From Candidatus Nomurabacteria bacterium (GTDB taxonomy: Bacteria; Patescibacteriota; Saccharimonadia; Saccharimonadales; JAGQNJ01), in NCBI GenBank assembly GCA_023898625.1, contig CP060231.1, positions 801,890-865,889 on the forward strand: a stretch of DNA of 64,000 nucleotides, read 5' to 3'. Numbering within the stretch: the stretch's first letter is position 1; the number at the start of each line of letters is the position of its first letter. The notes under the pieces are model-generated. The model searched no databases. It was not told the origin of the DNA and saw nothing but the letters and a program-made list of their open reading frames with translations. The translations under genes were made by a program, and so were the position numbers. Below are positions 46,163-57,417 of this stretch, in pieces.

Positions 46163-46672
46163 ATGCCAGATGTACCAGATAAACAAATCAAAAGACTCAG
46201 AATCTTAATACAAGAGGCTGAAACTTCACTTGCTGCCGCCAAAGAGTTATTAATAAGTGTGGTTGGTGAAGACAGCTCACAGGCTGTTAAACTTCAAGAA
46301 GAAGCAATAGGTAAAATTATTGAGGGTGTATTTGATGGCCAAACAATGGTCGGTAGTGATGGAAAAACCTATCCTGTACCTGCCAACTATGCGTCTAAGT
46401 CAAAATTAGTACAAGGTGACATTTTAAAGCTTACGATTGCTGATGACGGAACTTTCTTATACAAACAGATCGGTCCTGTATCGAGGGTTCAAAAAGTAGG
46501 TTTGCTTGTGCTTGAAAACGGACAATATTATGTAGAGATTGATAAAAAACAATACCGGGTATTATTAGCTAGTGTTACCTATTTCAAGGCTAAGCCTGGG
46601 GATCAAGTTAGTGTTGACCTACCTGAAGACCATAAAGATGCCGAATGGGCAGCACTCGAAGCAGCATTATAA
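46163..46672 (+). CDS. Hypothetical protein
   Basis: 169-aa ORF preceded by TTGACA (46093-46098), 17-nt spacer, TAATTT (46116-46121). Confidence 0.55.
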   Translation: MPDVPDKQIKRLRILIQEAETSLAAAKELLISVVGEDSSQAVKLQEEAIGKIIEGVFDGQTMVGSDGKTYPVPANYASKSKLVQGDILKLTIADDGTFLYKQIGPVSRVQKVGLLVLENGQYYVEIDKKQYRVLLASVTYFKAKPGDQVSVDLPEDHKDAEWAALEAAL

Positions 46673-46720
46673 GAAACTACAACAAATCAAAGCAAAATAT
46701 TAAGGTATAATTATATATCC

Positions 46721-48163
46721 ATGAGGGAGGCACTATACCGTAAACACCGACCAAAACGTCTTGATGATGTTGTTGGGCAACCACATATTACCAAGACGCT
46801 TCAGAATGCAATCGATTCTAATCGTATTAGCCATGGATACTTGTTTGCCGGCCCTAGAGGAGTGGGGAAAACGAGCGTTGCGCGAATCTTAGCTCATCAA
46901 ATCAATGATTTTACTTATGATAGCAACAATAGTAATATTCTCGACATTGTTGAGATTGATGCCGCAAGTAACCGGCGAATAGACGAAATACGCGAACTCA
47001 GAGATAAGATTCATACTGCCCCAGTGTCTGGTAAATACAAAGTTTATATTATTGATGAGGTTCATATGCTTACAAAAGAAGCATTCAATGCACTTCTAAA
47101 AACCCTTGAGGAACCACCAGAACATGTCGTATTCATATTAGCAACGACAGAAATCCATAAAGTTCCCGAAACTATTATAAGCCGTACGCAACACTTTACT
47201 TTCAGATCCGTCGAAAGCGAATCTGTCATTGCTCACCTAGATACCATTGCTAATCAAGAAGGGATAAGCATAGATAGAGCTTCCTTAGAATTAATTGCAA
47301 ATTATGGTCAAGGAAGTTTTAGGGATAGCATTGGACTGCTCGACCAGTTAAGTTCTCTTACTGAAATAAATGAAGATTCCGTAAACACTCTCCTCGGATT
47401 GCCACCCCATAGACTTGTGCGTGACATTTCAGAGGCGCTACATAACAATAAACTCACCGACCTAATTAGTTTACTCGATCAATCAAGATTCAGTGGAATC
47501 AGCGCAAATCATTTGTCAAGCGCGTTAATCGACTACATGAAGAAAGAGTTGGATAATTCGCTATCAGAGGAGACAATTGCGTTAGCCCTCAAATTATTAA
47601 ACACCAGTTCTTCAACAGATCCTGACCGATACCTGGAATTAATCTTGATTGACTATATTGTCAATAGAACAGTTGTTAATACTCCGGCACAAAAATCATA
47701 CACAGATGCTAATGAATCAAAGCCAAATAAAGATACTAGCAATACCGATATAGACACCAAATCATTAAGCAAGTCTAAAATTTCGTCAAAGCAAAATGTA
47801 GTTAGTCAAGAAACTGATGAACCGGTAAGTCTGGATGAGGAATCTTGGAATAAAATTCTTAGTGAGTTAAAAAAACAATATAATACACTTTATGGAATTG
47901 CCAGAATGGGCCGAACCGAGATCAACAACAACACATTAACTATATACGTTAGGTTTCCATTTCATCAAAAACGCCTAAAAGAAGATAAGAATGCCAAAAT
48001 TATTCATAAAGTGGCATCCCAGATTATTGGTAGTTCTGTAAAAATTAACATTGAGATAGATGACGGCGTTTCTAAGCAAATCGATCATTCCGATACCCCA
48101 GATAAATCCGATATATCAAATGTGACTAAGATTTTTGAAGGCGCTGAGTTATTGGAGTCTTAA
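46721..48163 (+). CDS. dnaX: DNA polymerase III gamma/tau subunit
   Basis: YRKHRPKRLDDVVGQ, GPRGVGKTS, IIDEVHMLT and SRTQHF. Confidence 0.92.
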   Translation: MREALYRKHRPKRLDDVVGQPHITKTLQNAIDSNRISHGYLFAGPRGVGKTSVARILAHQINDFTYDSNNSNILDIVEIDAASNRRIDEIRELRDKIHTAPVSGKYKVYIIDEVHMLTKEAFNALLKTLEEPPEHVVFILATTEIHKVPETIISRTQHFTFRSVESESVIAHLDTIANQEGISIDRASLELIANYGQGSFRDSIGLLDQLSSLTEINEDSVNTLLGLPPHRLVRDISEALHNNKLTDLISLLDQSRFSGISANHLSSALIDYMKKELDNSLSEETIALALKLLNTSSSTDPDRYLELILIDYIVNRTVVNTPAQKSYTDANESKPNKDTSNTDIDTKSLSKSKISSKQNVVSQETDEPVSLDEESWNKILSELKKQYNTLYGIARMGRTEINNNTLTIYVRFPFHQKRLKEDKNAKIIHKVASQIIGSSVKINIEIDDGVSKQIDHSDTPDKSDISNVTKIFEGAELLES

Positions 48164-49515
48164 TGGATACTCAAAATAAAATTCCCCCACAAAACATCGA
48201 CGCCGAAACTAGCCTGTTAGGTGCAATATTAATTGACAGTGATGCTATTGTAAAAATTGCCGACATCATTGTTCCTGATGATTTTTATGACCAAAAAAAT
48301 GGATTAATTTATCAAAGCATTAAACAGCTATATGAAAGTCATAGCCCTATTGATGTTCTTACAGTAGCAGATAAATTAAGGTCAGAAGGCAATTTGGATG
48401 TTGTTGGAGGTGCCGGATATCTAACAGAGCTAACCAATTATGTTCCAACAGCGGCCCACGTAGAACAATATGCTAATTTGGTTAATCAAAAGGCCTTACG
48501 TCGACGTCTAATAAAAGCCAGTCAAAACATAACTTCACTTGGTTTTGATGAGGCAAAAAGTTTACAAGAATTAATTGAAGAAGCAGAAGCAACGCTTTTT
48601 GAGGTCAGCCAGAAACATGTTAAACAAGATATCGTTAGTCTTGAAACTATTCTTGGAGATAGTTTCGATCGTTTAGATGAACTGCATAAAGACAAGGGCA
48701 AAATTAGGGGAGTACCGACAGGGTTTAAGGATTTAGACGGGATTCTTGCCGGACTTCAAAGATCTGATCTTTTCATCCTGGCCGCCCGTCCTAGTATGGG
48801 TAAAACTGCTTTGGCATTAAATCTTGCCCACAATGTAGCAACAAAGGCGGGTGAACCAGTGTTGGTATTTAGCTTAGAAATGAGCAAAGAGCAATTAGTA
48901 GATCGTATGTTAGCAATGGAATCTGGAGTTGATGCCTGGGCACTTCGTACTGGAAATTTGAGTGATCAGGATTTTGAGTTAATCGCACAAGCAATGGGAA
49001 CCTTAAGTGAAGCGCAGATATACATTGATGATACCCCAGGCATAACTGTTAGTGATTTACGAACCAAAGCACGTCGAGAAATGCATCAAAGACCATTAGG
49101 CTTGATTATTGTTGATTATTTGCAACTGATGAGTGGTGGTTCAAAATTTGGTGGCGATGGTAATCGTGTACAAGAAATTTCCGAAATATCCAGAGGACTA
49201 AAAGGAATTGCGCGTGAGCTCAATGTTCCACTGATTGCCTTAAGTCAGCTTAGTCGTTCAGTTGAGAGTCGTAGTCCTCAGATACCTCAATTGTCAGACC
49301 TAAGAGAATCAGGATCTATTGAGCAAGATGCCGATGTTGTAGCATTCATATATCGAGAGGACTACTATAATAAAGAATCTGAACGTCAGAATATTACTGA
49401 TATATTTATCAAAAAACATCGTAACGGTCCGACAGGCGCAGTAGAGTTGTTTTTTGAAAAAGACAAACAAAGGTTTAGATCTCTTGATACTAGACATACT
49501 GTGCCTTTCGAATAA
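48163..49515 (+). CDS. dnaB: Replicative DNA helicase DnaB
   Basis: PPQNIDAETSLLGAIL, Walker A ARPSMGKTALALN, IVDYLQLM and SQLSRSVE. Confidence 0.95.
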   Translation: MDTQNKIPPQNIDAETSLLGAILIDSDAIVKIADIIVPDDFYDQKNGLIYQSIKQLYESHSPIDVLTVADKLRSEGNLDVVGGAGYLTELTNYVPTAAHVEQYANLVNQKALRRRLIKASQNITSLGFDEAKSLQELIEEAEATLFEVSQKHVKQDIVSLETILGDSFDRLDELHKDKGKIRGVPTGFKDLDGILAGLQRSDLFILAARPSMGKTALALNLAHNVATKAGEPVLVFSLEMSKEQLVDRMLAMESGVDAWALRTGNLSDQDFELIAQAMGTLSEAQIYIDDTPGITVSDLRTKARREMHQRPLGLIIVDYLQLMSGGSKFGGDGNRVQEISEISRGLKGIARELNVPLIALSQLSRSVESRSPQIPQLSDLRESGSIEQDADVVAFIYREDYYNKESERQNITDIFIKKHRNGPTGAVELFFEKDKQRFRSLDTRHTVPFE

Positions 49516-49555
49516 ATTAATGGTTAGCGAAACCATAATGGTATACTAAATAAGA

Positions 49556-50755
49556 ATGAAACAATACTTTTTGTGGCTTAAAGATAATTGGGTGCAGATA
49601 TTTGTTACGATAATAAGTATAGTTATTTTGATAATTGTATGTAGCTACAATTTATCCGGAATTACAAATAATCAGTTAAGCAAACCAGAGGTAGCTACTA
49701 TTGAAGGATCATCAAGTGGTAGGCGTATTTGGAGTAATCCATTATTTTTGCCAATAAAACTACCACAATACGCTTTAATTAAAACCAACTTGGCATCAGT
49801 ATCGTCAATGCGCGCTATTTCAGCTTTTTATGGGGTGATATTCGTCATCATCTTCTTTTTGTTGGCAAAAATATGGTTTTCGCCCAAAATCGCATGGGTG
49901 ACAAGTGCCATGTTGTTAAGTAGTGGATTATTTTTAAACTACACACGACTTGCAACTACAGATATTCTTGTGCCACTAGGCTTACTGGGCTTAATGTGGT
50001 CTGGTTGGTGGATATTTCAAAGCAAAAATACAAATATCAAAATTGTATCGTCAATGATTATTTTAGCGTCTTGTATCTACATACCAGGATTAATATGGTT
50101 TGTGGGGTTAATTGTTCTTGCGCTGGGCAAACGAATTACTAAAATACTTAAGAAGACTAACGTCACCTCTATTGTTATTGCTAGTTTACTTTTGGTCGTA
50201 TTACTTACGCCTCTGCTTAGATCGTTGTTTTTAAATCCAAAACTTATAATCGAGTGGTTAGCGTTACCGTCGACATTAAGCATTCACGATTTCATCAAGA
50301 ATCTAATTATGGTGCCGGCCTCGCTGGTTGTTCGTTCCACATTTGACCCGATATATAATTTAGGGCGTTTGCCGTATCTTGATATATTAACAATTGCCCT
50401 ATTAGTACTAGGAGTATACGCATTTCTACTCAGGTATAGTCTAGTCCGAACCAGAATGCTCATTGGTGCACTATGTATAGCATGGTTACTAATTGCTACC
50501 CAAAATGAAATACGAATTAATCTGCTCCTTCCTCTGATATATCTGATGGTTGCGGGAGGTATAATGTTTATTCTTCAACAATGGTATAGTGTTTTCCCCA
50601 AAAATCCTATAGCACGAATGCTAGCGATAATTATGGTTTTAGCAGTTGTTTCCATTAGCATATTCTATAATTCAACTCGATACTTTGTGGCATGGTCAAA
50701 TAATCCAATAACTAATAAGGTTTTTAAGTACAAAGTTCCGCCAAATCTGTTATAA
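49556..50755 (+). CDS. Polytopic membrane protein (possibly a GT-C-type glycosyltransferase)
   Basis: 399 aa with at least 10 hydrophobic segments. The family assignment is a guess. Confidence 0.45.
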   Translation: MKQYFLWLKDNWVQIFVTIISIVILIIVCSYNLSGITNNQLSKPEVATIEGSSSGRRIWSNPLFLPIKLPQYALIKTNLASVSSMRAISAFYGVIFVIIFFLLAKIWFSPKIAWVTSAMLLSSGLFLNYTRLATTDILVPLGLLGLMWSGWWIFQSKNTNIKIVSSMIILASCIYIPGLIWFVGLIVLALGKRITKILKKTNVTSIVIASLLLVVLLTPLLRSLFLNPKLIIEWLALPSTLSIHDFIKNLIMVPASLVVRSTFDPIYNLGRLPYLDILTIALLVLGVYAFLLRYSLVRTRMLIGALCIAWLLIATQNEIRINLLLPLIYLMVAGGIMFILQQWYSVFPKNPIARMLAIIMVLAVVSISIFYNSTRYFVAWSNNPITNKVFKYKVPPNLL

Positions 50756-50776
50756 TTGTTACGTAAAGGAGAATGT

Positions 50777-51070
50777 ATGAGTCGTTTTGATCAGGCTAAA
50801 ATGCTACTTAAAGTAAAGAAAGTCCAGAAAGAGCTACAAAAACAAATCATTACCGTTGAGCAAGGTGATGGCGCTGTTAAGGTTGAAATTACCGGAGAGC
50901 AGAAAATACGCAAAATCCACATTGATCCAGATAGTGTTGACCTTGATGATATTGGTGAACTTGAGCGCTGGATAGAAGATGCAGTAAAGGACGCAATATC
51001 CCAAAGTCAAAAGATTGCTGCCGAAAAAATGCAACCATTTATGAGCATGCTTGGCGATTTAGGACTTTAG
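50777..51070 (+). CDS. ybaB: Nucleoid-associated protein YbaB/EbfC
   Basis: Start at the ATG at 50777 after an AAGGAG RBS: MSRFDQAKMLLKVKKVQKELQKQ...VKVEITGEQKIRKIHIDP. Confidence 0.88.
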   Translation: MSRFDQAKMLLKVKKVQKELQKQIITVEQGDGAVKVEITGEQKIRKIHIDPDSVDLDDIGELERWIEDAVKDAISQSQKIAAEKMQPFMSMLGDLGL

Positions 51071-51076
51071 CTATCC

Positions 51077-51685
51077 ATGGCGTCAGCTTTGCCACCCGCC
51101 TTATTACGAGTTATTGAGTCGCTACGAGTATTGCCTGGTGTAGGCCCTCGTAGCGCAGAGCGTTATGCATATTACCTCCTAAAAACAAATCCAGATAAGT
51201 CAAAACAACTTGCAGAAACCCTTCAAAAATTACACGATGAAGTGTCCTACTGCGAAGTAACTTTTGCATTAATAGAGAAGGGGCAAAAATTATCTCCACT
51301 TTACACCAACCCAAGTCGAGATAAGCAAACTATTGCTGTAGTAGCCGAACCTTTTGATATTATTGCTATCGAAAAAACCAGCACATACAAAGGCACGTAT
51401 CATGTTCTAGGTGGTTTAATTTCTCCTATGGATGGAATTGGCCCTGATCAATTAACAATAACACAATTGCTTAGTAGGGTTGAAAAAGACCAAGTAAAAG
51501 AAGTTATCTTAGCCACAAACGCAAGCGTGGAAGGTGAATCAACAGCTTTATACATTCAGCAACAACTAGAAGGCATCAACACTAAGCTAACACGCCTAGC
51601 TAGAGGTTTGCCAATTGGTGTAGACTTAGAGTATGCCGATCAAATTACTTTGACAAGAGCACTAGAAGGAAGGCAAAGTCTATGA
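51077..51685 (+). CDS. recR: Recombination protein RecR (zinc-finger cysteines lost)
   Basis: LPGVGPRSAERYAYYLL HhH motif and a Toprim region (YHVLGGLISPMDGIGPDQL, VILATNASVEGESTALYI). The finger region reads YCEVTFALIEKGQKLSPLYTNP and retains one Cys only. Confidence 0.9.
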   Translation: MASALPPALLRVIESLRVLPGVGPRSAERYAYYLLKTNPDKSKQLAETLQKLHDEVSYCEVTFALIEKGQKLSPLYTNPSRDKQTIAVVAEPFDIIAIEKTSTYKGTYHVLGGLISPMDGIGPDQLTITQLLSRVEKDQVKEVILATNASVEGESTALYIQQQLEGINTKLTRLARGLPIGVDLEYADQITLTRALEGRQSL

Positions 51686-52695
51686 ATCTAAAAGGCCTTA
51701 AAGAATTATTATCAAGCAAGAAAAAGATTTTAATAGCACAAGCTGATAACCCCGATGGTGATAGCGTCGCTAGTGCCTTGGCACTAGAACAAATCCTCTA
51801 TGACATGGGGAATGAGCCTTTATTATACTGTGCAATCGACATACCGAAGCATTTACGACATTTGCCGGGATGGGACAGAATCGATCAAGAAATACCAACA
51901 AATTTTGAAGCAACAATAATAGTTGACTGTAGTTCTAAAAGTTTATTTGAAATAGCAGAAAAATCCGGTGAATTATCCTGGATATTATCTAAACCTGTAA
52001 TAATCATTGACCATCATGACGTATCACCCACACTTGATGCTACCATCACCTGTAATGATATAAAAGCTGTGTCTACGGGTGAAGTGGTCTACAAGATAGC
52101 GCAAGAATTGAACTGGCCTCTTTCAATTGAAGCCAAGAATATGATTGCTGTTTCTATATTATCGGACAGCTTAGGGCTAATGACAGAATCTACTACCGCT
52201 CAAAGCATTCATATTATCGCTGAACTTGTAGAATCTGGCGTTAAACTAGCTGAACTTGAGGAAACTAGAAGACAAACAATGAAGAAAAGTATTGAACTAA
52301 CGCGATATAAAGGGGAATTACTGCAACGAATACAATATTCAAGTGACGACCGCATTGCAACAATAGTGATTCCTTGGGAAGAGATTGAAAAATATAGCTC
52401 TCAATTTAACCCATCCATACTTGTCCTTGACGACATGAGACTTACGGATAATGTACAAATAGCAATTGCATTCAAGACATACAATAATAATCGTATAACC
52501 GCCAAGATTCGTTCGAATTATGGATTCCCAATTGCGAATAAACTAGCAGAACATTTTGGTGGTGGTGGGCATCAGTATGCTAGTGGGTTCAAAGTAAATA
52601 CTACTGATTATAATCAAATCATATCTGAATGTATTGAATATACAAAAAAACTATTAGATCAACGTAAAGAAAAGACTTCGGATGAAACTATATAA
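51682..52695 (+). CDS. DHH/DHHA1 phosphoesterase (NrnA-like oligoribonuclease/pAp phosphatase)
   Basis: NPDGDSVASALAL, IIIDHH and GGGGHQYASGF. Confidence 0.8.
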   Translation: MNLKGLKELLSSKKKILIAQADNPDGDSVASALALEQILYDMGNEPLLYCAIDIPKHLRHLPGWDRIDQEIPTNFEATIIVDCSSKSLFEIAEKSGELSWILSKPVIIIDHHDVSPTLDATITCNDIKAVSTGEVVYKIAQELNWPLSIEAKNMIAVSILSDSLGLMTESTTAQSIHIIAELVESGVKLAELEETRRQTMKKSIELTRYKGELLQRIQYSSDDRIATIVIPWEEIEKYSSQFNPSILVLDDMRLTDNVQIAIAFKTYNNNRITAKIRSNYGFPIANKLAEHFGGGGHQYASGFKVNTTDYNQIISECIEYTKKLLDQRKEKTSDETI

Positions 52696-54085
52696 TTCAT
52701 TAACTAAAACAATCGATGTAGTCAAGCCACTTGAAGGCAATACTATCAGGATGTACACCTGTGGTCCGACTGTTTATGATAGCGCTCATATAGGTAATTT
52801 AAGTTCATATATATTTGCGGACACACTAAAAAGAACATTAAAATCCGCAGGCTTTAAGGTTGAGCACGTAATGAACTTTACCGACGTTGATGATAAAACT
52901 ATTAAACGTAGCCAAGAAATGCACCCAGACCAATCGCCATTAATGGCGTTACGCAAACTTACTCGTTACTATGAGCAAAAATTCCTTCAAGATATGAAAG
53001 ATATAGGGAATTCCATAGAAGATATCGAGTTTGTTCGTGCTACTGATATGATTCCTGCGATACAAGTGCTCATCTCGTCACTTTATGAAAAGGGTTTTGC
53101 ATATATTGCTGAAGACGGTATATATTTTTCGATTGATGCTTACAAAAAATCTGGTAAAACATACGGACAGTTATTGAACCTTGATGATATGAATATCCAA
53201 AAAGAACGCATCTCAAACGATGAATATGACAAAGAATACATACATGATTTTGTGCTATGGAAGAAGAAAAAATCGAGCGAACCAAGCTGGGAATTTCATA
53301 TTGACAATCAGAATATCCCTGGTAGACCTGGCTGGCATATTGAATGCTCCGCCATGAGCACATCACACTTAGGTCAACCGTTCGATATACATACGGGAGG
53401 GATTGACTTAACATTTCCGCATCATGAGAACGAAATCGCACAAAGTACAGCCGGACGCGAAGATAAACTTTACGCTAAATTCTTTGCGCACAACGAACAT
53501 CTACTTGTTGGTGGCAAAAAAATGAGTAAATCATTGGGTAACTTTTATACCCTCGATGATATTAAACAGAAAGGCATAGATCCGAAGGCATTCAGGTTAA
53601 TGGTTCTTCAGTCTCATTACACCAAACAGTCTAACTTCACCTGGGATAATCTACAATCAGCAAGCTCAAGACTAAAAGATTTAAAATCTATCGCTGATCT
53701 AAGATGGCAACCAGACGCGACCCAACAATCCAATGTTGATATTTCGATCAAAGATATATCTTTTGCCCTCTACAACAATATAGACACCCCGAAGGCACTC
53801 AGCAATTTGTCACTTCAACTTGATAGGATAGTGAATGATTCGATTAGTGATTCCGATGTTAAGGTTATTAGTTCCTTTCTGCAATCAATAGATGAGTTGT
53901 TCGGACTACAATTACTAAATTCTACCGATATCAAACCTGAACAAAAAGAATTAATCCAAAAAAGAGAACAAGCAAGAAGATCCAAGGATTGGATATTAGC
54001 GGACAAAATCCGTAAGCAGTTAGCTCAAGAAGGGATTGAGCTTAAAGACTATCCAGATCGATCAATTTGGAGCCGTAGTCGATAA
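52682..54085 (+). CDS. cysS: Cysteine--tRNA ligase
   Basis: MYTCGPTVYDSAHIGN, WHIECSAM and KMSKSLGN. Confidence 0.95.
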   Translation: MKLYNSLTKTIDVVKPLEGNTIRMYTCGPTVYDSAHIGNLSSYIFADTLKRTLKSAGFKVEHVMNFTDVDDKTIKRSQEMHPDQSPLMALRKLTRYYEQKFLQDMKDIGNSIEDIEFVRATDMIPAIQVLISSLYEKGFAYIAEDGIYFSIDAYKKSGKTYGQLLNLDDMNIQKERISNDEYDKEYIHDFVLWKKKKSSEPSWEFHIDNQNIPGRPGWHIECSAMSTSHLGQPFDIHTGGIDLTFPHHENEIAQSTAGREDKLYAKFFAHNEHLLVGGKKMSKSLGNFYTLDDIKQKGIDPKAFRLMVLQSHYTKQSNFTWDNLQSASSRLKDLKSIADLRWQPDATQQSNVDISIKDISFALYNNIDTPKALSNLSLQLDRIVNDSISDSDVKVISSFLQSIDELFGLQLLNSTDIKPEQKELIQKREQARRSKDWILADKIRKQLAQEGIELKDYPDRSIWSRSR

Positions 54086-54090
54086 CAATA

Positions 54091-55173
54091 TTATTCTTTT
54101 AACGAAGGCGCAAGTGTTTCGCCGTAAGTACTTTTTAGATATATTCGAATACATCCAGCAACCGGTATTGCAATAAGCGCACCTAAAAATCCAGCGATGC
54201 TTACTCCAATAATTGCCGAAACAAAAACGGTTAAAGGGGTAAGTTCGTTATATCTAGACTGAATATATGGCTGTAGTGTTGCATTCTCTACCTGTTGGTA
54301 AATGATGAAGAAAATCGTCATAACAATTGCTAAAGGCAATGACACAAATAAACAAGAAATTACTACAATAACCGAAGCCATTATATTGCCGATCATCGGG
54401 ATTAACCCAAGCAATCCTACAATACCAGCCATAGCTATCGGATTAATATTTACATGCAAAATAGTACTAGCAATAGAAAGCGCAAAGAAGGCAAAAATTG
54501 AAGCAATGGTTGCAACCACTAATTGACCGATCACATAACCAGTTACCATTCTATACATACTTGAGATCATCTGTTTATGTTTTTCTAATTTTTTCGAGGA
54601 AATCATTGTGTAGTACCTTGCCAGCCACCTTGGCCCTTCGATCAACATCATAAATGTCATAACTAAAACTGTAATAACAGACACTAAGCCACTACCTATA
54701 AGGGTTGCTAAAGAAAAGGCTCGATTAGTAACACTCCCCAGATTATCCTTAATATCACTAATTGATTGAGTATATGCATTAGTTAAATTATGAGTTTGAA
54801 TAAATTCGACTATTGGTGAGTCGTTATTTCTAAAATCTTCTACACTGATTGGAATTTGATCGACGAAATCCACGCTTTGACTAACCAGCGGTGGAATAAC
54901 CAGCGCCACAAACCCAACAAATACTAATAACGCACATAAATATGTTACTATTGTGGCTTGCACCCTACTTTTGTTAGGTAATTGCTTACAAACAAAGCTA
55001 ACTATAGGGTTTAACGCTAATGCCAGAAATGCCGAAATCAAGACTAACTTAAGTGCGGTAGATATTCTTGAAATAAAACCAATCAACAAAAAGGCAACCG
55101 CTACAAAAATTACAACCCTAATAACCGTCTTGTTGGTAAAGGTTATCGTAACTGTTTCGTTATGCTTGCTCAT
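54091..55173 (-). CDS. AI-2E family transporter (PerM/UPF0118-like permease)
   Basis: 360 aa and about 8 TM helices, with C-terminal LGLIPMIGNIMASVIVV...FIIYQQVENATLQPYI typical of the family. Confidence 0.7.
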   Translation of the reverse strand: MSKHNETVTITFTNKTVIRVVIFVAVAFLLIGFISRISTALKLVLISAFLALALNPIVSFVCKQLPNKSRVQATIVTYLCALLVFVGFVALVIPPLVSQSVDFVDQIPISVEDFRNNDSPIVEFIQTHNLTNAYTQSISDIKDNLGSVTNRAFSLATLIGSGLVSVITVLVMTFMMLIEGPRWLARYYTMISSKKLEKHKQMISSMYRMVTGYVIGQLVVATIASIFAFFALSIASTILHVNINPIAMAGIVGLLGLIPMIGNIMASVIVVISCLFVSLPLAIVMTIFFIIYQQVENATLQPYIQSRYNELTPLTVFVSAIIGVSIAGFLGALIAIPVAGCIRIYLKSTYGETLAPSLKE

Positions 55174-56278
55174 GATTTGACCTAACTTCCTGATTGTACA
55201 ATTTTAGTATAGCACTACCAACCCGGTTTATATCAAATTGATCAAGTAAATTTTGTTGCAGATCGTTAAGGTGTTTGCGCTTTGCATCGTTAGTTAATAG
55301 CGAGTAAAGTTTTTCAGCTAATTCATCAGACAAATAAGGATTAAACATTGATTCTGACACCGATCCTAACACTGACGCATAACCTGGATTACCCCCTGCA
55401 AGCACCGTAGCACCGCTAGCTAAAGCTTCGATCAAGACAATACCGAAACTCTCTCCGCCTGTTGACGGGAACACTGCTAACTTGCTACGACTTAACAGCT
55501 TCATTTTTTCATCATCAGACACAAAACCCTTAAATTCACAATTTGCACTTAGGTTATTAGTGTGTACATAATTTTGTAATTTAGCTCTTTCAGTACCATC
55601 ACCTACAATTACAACCTTAATGTCATCTAGTAGGTCTCTCTGCTTTAATTTACTGATGGCATTTAGTAGATATATACAACCTTTGCGTTTCACGAGTCTT
55701 CCTACGAATACTATGTCTATGTCTCTCTTTGATAAATTAACAGCACTGGATTGAATATTAACCGCATTAGGAATAACTATACTGTCTACTCCATAAACTT
55801 GCTTAGCAAATTCTTGAGCAACTGAAGATACGCTAATAATTTTGTTAAATTTGCTAATCGACTGTTTTTGTACTGTTCCTAAAATCTTGCTCCCCAAAAC
55901 TACACTTTTACTATGAGGTGCAATATGAAAGGTTCCTATTAATACTGTACCCTTTGGGGCGAGTTGAATAATCTTGCCTGCCAACAATGGACTATAAGGC
56001 ATTTGTATATGCAAAACGTCAAAGTTGTATCTATCAAAGATACTTTGAATTTTATTTGATGATACTGGTAAGGGAATAGAAAGACGATTTTTATTAAATC
56101 GAACACGTATGTTCTTGGATAAGCTATGTAGATTATTTATATCGGTGCGCTTCGATTGTCCGGTGAGATATACCACTTTATAGCCTTTACTGCTAAGCCA
56201 GTCACCAAGCAATAAGACGTATTGCTGAACCCCGTCTGTCGAATCTAAGGTATCATCAATTACGAAACCAATAGTCAC
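55160..56278 (-). CDS. Glycosyltransferase family 4 (GT-B)
   Basis: 372 aa with FVGRLVKRKG and PSTGGESFGIVLIEALASG. Confidence 0.85.
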   Translation of the reverse strand: MTIGFVIDDTLDSTDGVQQYVLLLGDWLSSKGYKVVYLTGQSKRTDINNLHSLSKNIRVRFNKNRLSIPLPVSSNKIQSIFDRYNFDVLHIQMPYSPLLAGKIIQLAPKGTVLIGTFHIAPHSKSVVLGSKILGTVQKQSISKFNKIISVSSVAQEFAKQVYGVDSIVIPNAVNIQSSAVNLSKRDIDIVFVGRLVKRKGCIYLLNAISKLKQRDLLDDIKVVIVGDGTERAKLQNYVHTNNLSANCEFKGFVSDDEKMKLLSRSKLAVFPSTGGESFGIVLIEALASGATVLAGGNPGYASVLGSVSESMFNPYLSDELAEKLYSLLTNDAKRKHLNDLQQNLLDQFDINRVGSAILKLYNQEVRSNHEQA

Positions 56279-57393
56279 TTCTTGGCTTTCATAGTTTTTT
56301 CATATATATCAAGATACTGCTGAGCTATACGAGCGTACTCAAACTGTTGTACATAATTCTTCGCCCACTTAACCCATAAATCACGCATTTTAGTGTCAAC
56401 CATCATTAACTGCAAACGTCTAGCAAATTCTGCAGTATCTTTGACGTTTACAATAGATATCGCACCTGTTTCTTTAAGAACACTTTCATATCCAGGGTTA
56501 TTACTGGCAACTGTAACTGTACCCGCCGACATAGCTTCTAGTAAAACAATTCCGAAGCTTTCGCCATAGATGGCTGGAGAGCAGAATATTGTAGCACTAT
56601 GCAGTAACTCAATTTTTGTTGCTTCATCAACAAAACCCAAAAATTCAACGTGTTCAATATTATTATCGTCAACAAACATTTCCAACTTTTGACGATCCGG
56701 ACCATCTCCTGCAATAACTAACTGAGCTTGGCTATTTATCTTTTGTAATTCAGCAAATGCCTTTAATAAATATAGGACGCCCTTTCTTTTTTCTAGACGT
56801 CCAATATACAGAATTGTTGACTCATGCCTCTGCGTACCAGACTTTGGTGTAAACTTTTTGATGTCGATGCCATTTGGTATTAGTTCAATATTTGAATCAG
56901 TAAGTGTTTTTATATACTCCGATGCCGGTTCTGAAACAGCAGTATAAGAGTCAATATATTTTAAGATTGATTTGGTATAAGGAGTAATGACTTTTTCGAT
57001 AGTTTTACTAACCATGGTTTCGGGCAATTTTGCATGGAATGTAGCAACATTAACAGTGTTTGATTTAGCTAGGATCTGCCTACTAACAATTGGAACCCAA
57101 GGTTCATGAAAGTGCAAAATATCAAATTTATGTTCCTCGAGTATTTTTTCTATAGCTCCATTCTCAAGACTAACAGAAACTTGAGCTGTTGTGTGAAAAG
57201 GCGATTTAAAATCACGAGATTCACCAACTAATATAATTCCATCGATTTGTTCAGTCTCAACACCCTTTGGGCGGGGAGTAATAATGTACGCCTCATGACC
57301 AGTTTTAGTATATTCATGCTTGAGAGCTAAGACACATTCTTGTACGCCACCATTCTTAAATATGTCATAAGGGCATATTAATCCAATTTTCAT
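56275..57393 (-). CDS. Glycosyltransferase family 4 (GT-B), paralog of the adjacent gene
   Basis: 372 aa with YIGRLEKRKG and PAIYGESFGIVLLEAMSAG. It overlaps the downstream GT4 gene by 4 nt. Confidence 0.85.
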   Translation of the reverse strand: MKIGLICPYDIFKNGGVQECVLALKHEYTKTGHEAYIITPRPKGVETEQIDGIILVGESRDFKSPFHTTAQVSVSLENGAIEKILEEHKFDILHFHEPWVPIVSRQILAKSNTVNVATFHAKLPETMVSKTIEKVITPYTKSILKYIDSYTAVSEPASEYIKTLTDSNIELIPNGIDIKKFTPKSGTQRHESTILYIGRLEKRKGVLYLLKAFAELQKINSQAQLVIAGDGPDRQKLEMFVDDNNIEHVEFLGFVDEATKIELLHSATIFCSPAIYGESFGIVLLEAMSAGTVTVASNNPGYESVLKETGAISIVNVKDTAEFARRLQLMMVDTKMRDLWVKWAKNYVQQFEYARIAQQYLDIYEKTMKAKK

Positions 57394-57417
57394 TATGAAC
57401 TAAGTATACCAAAATTG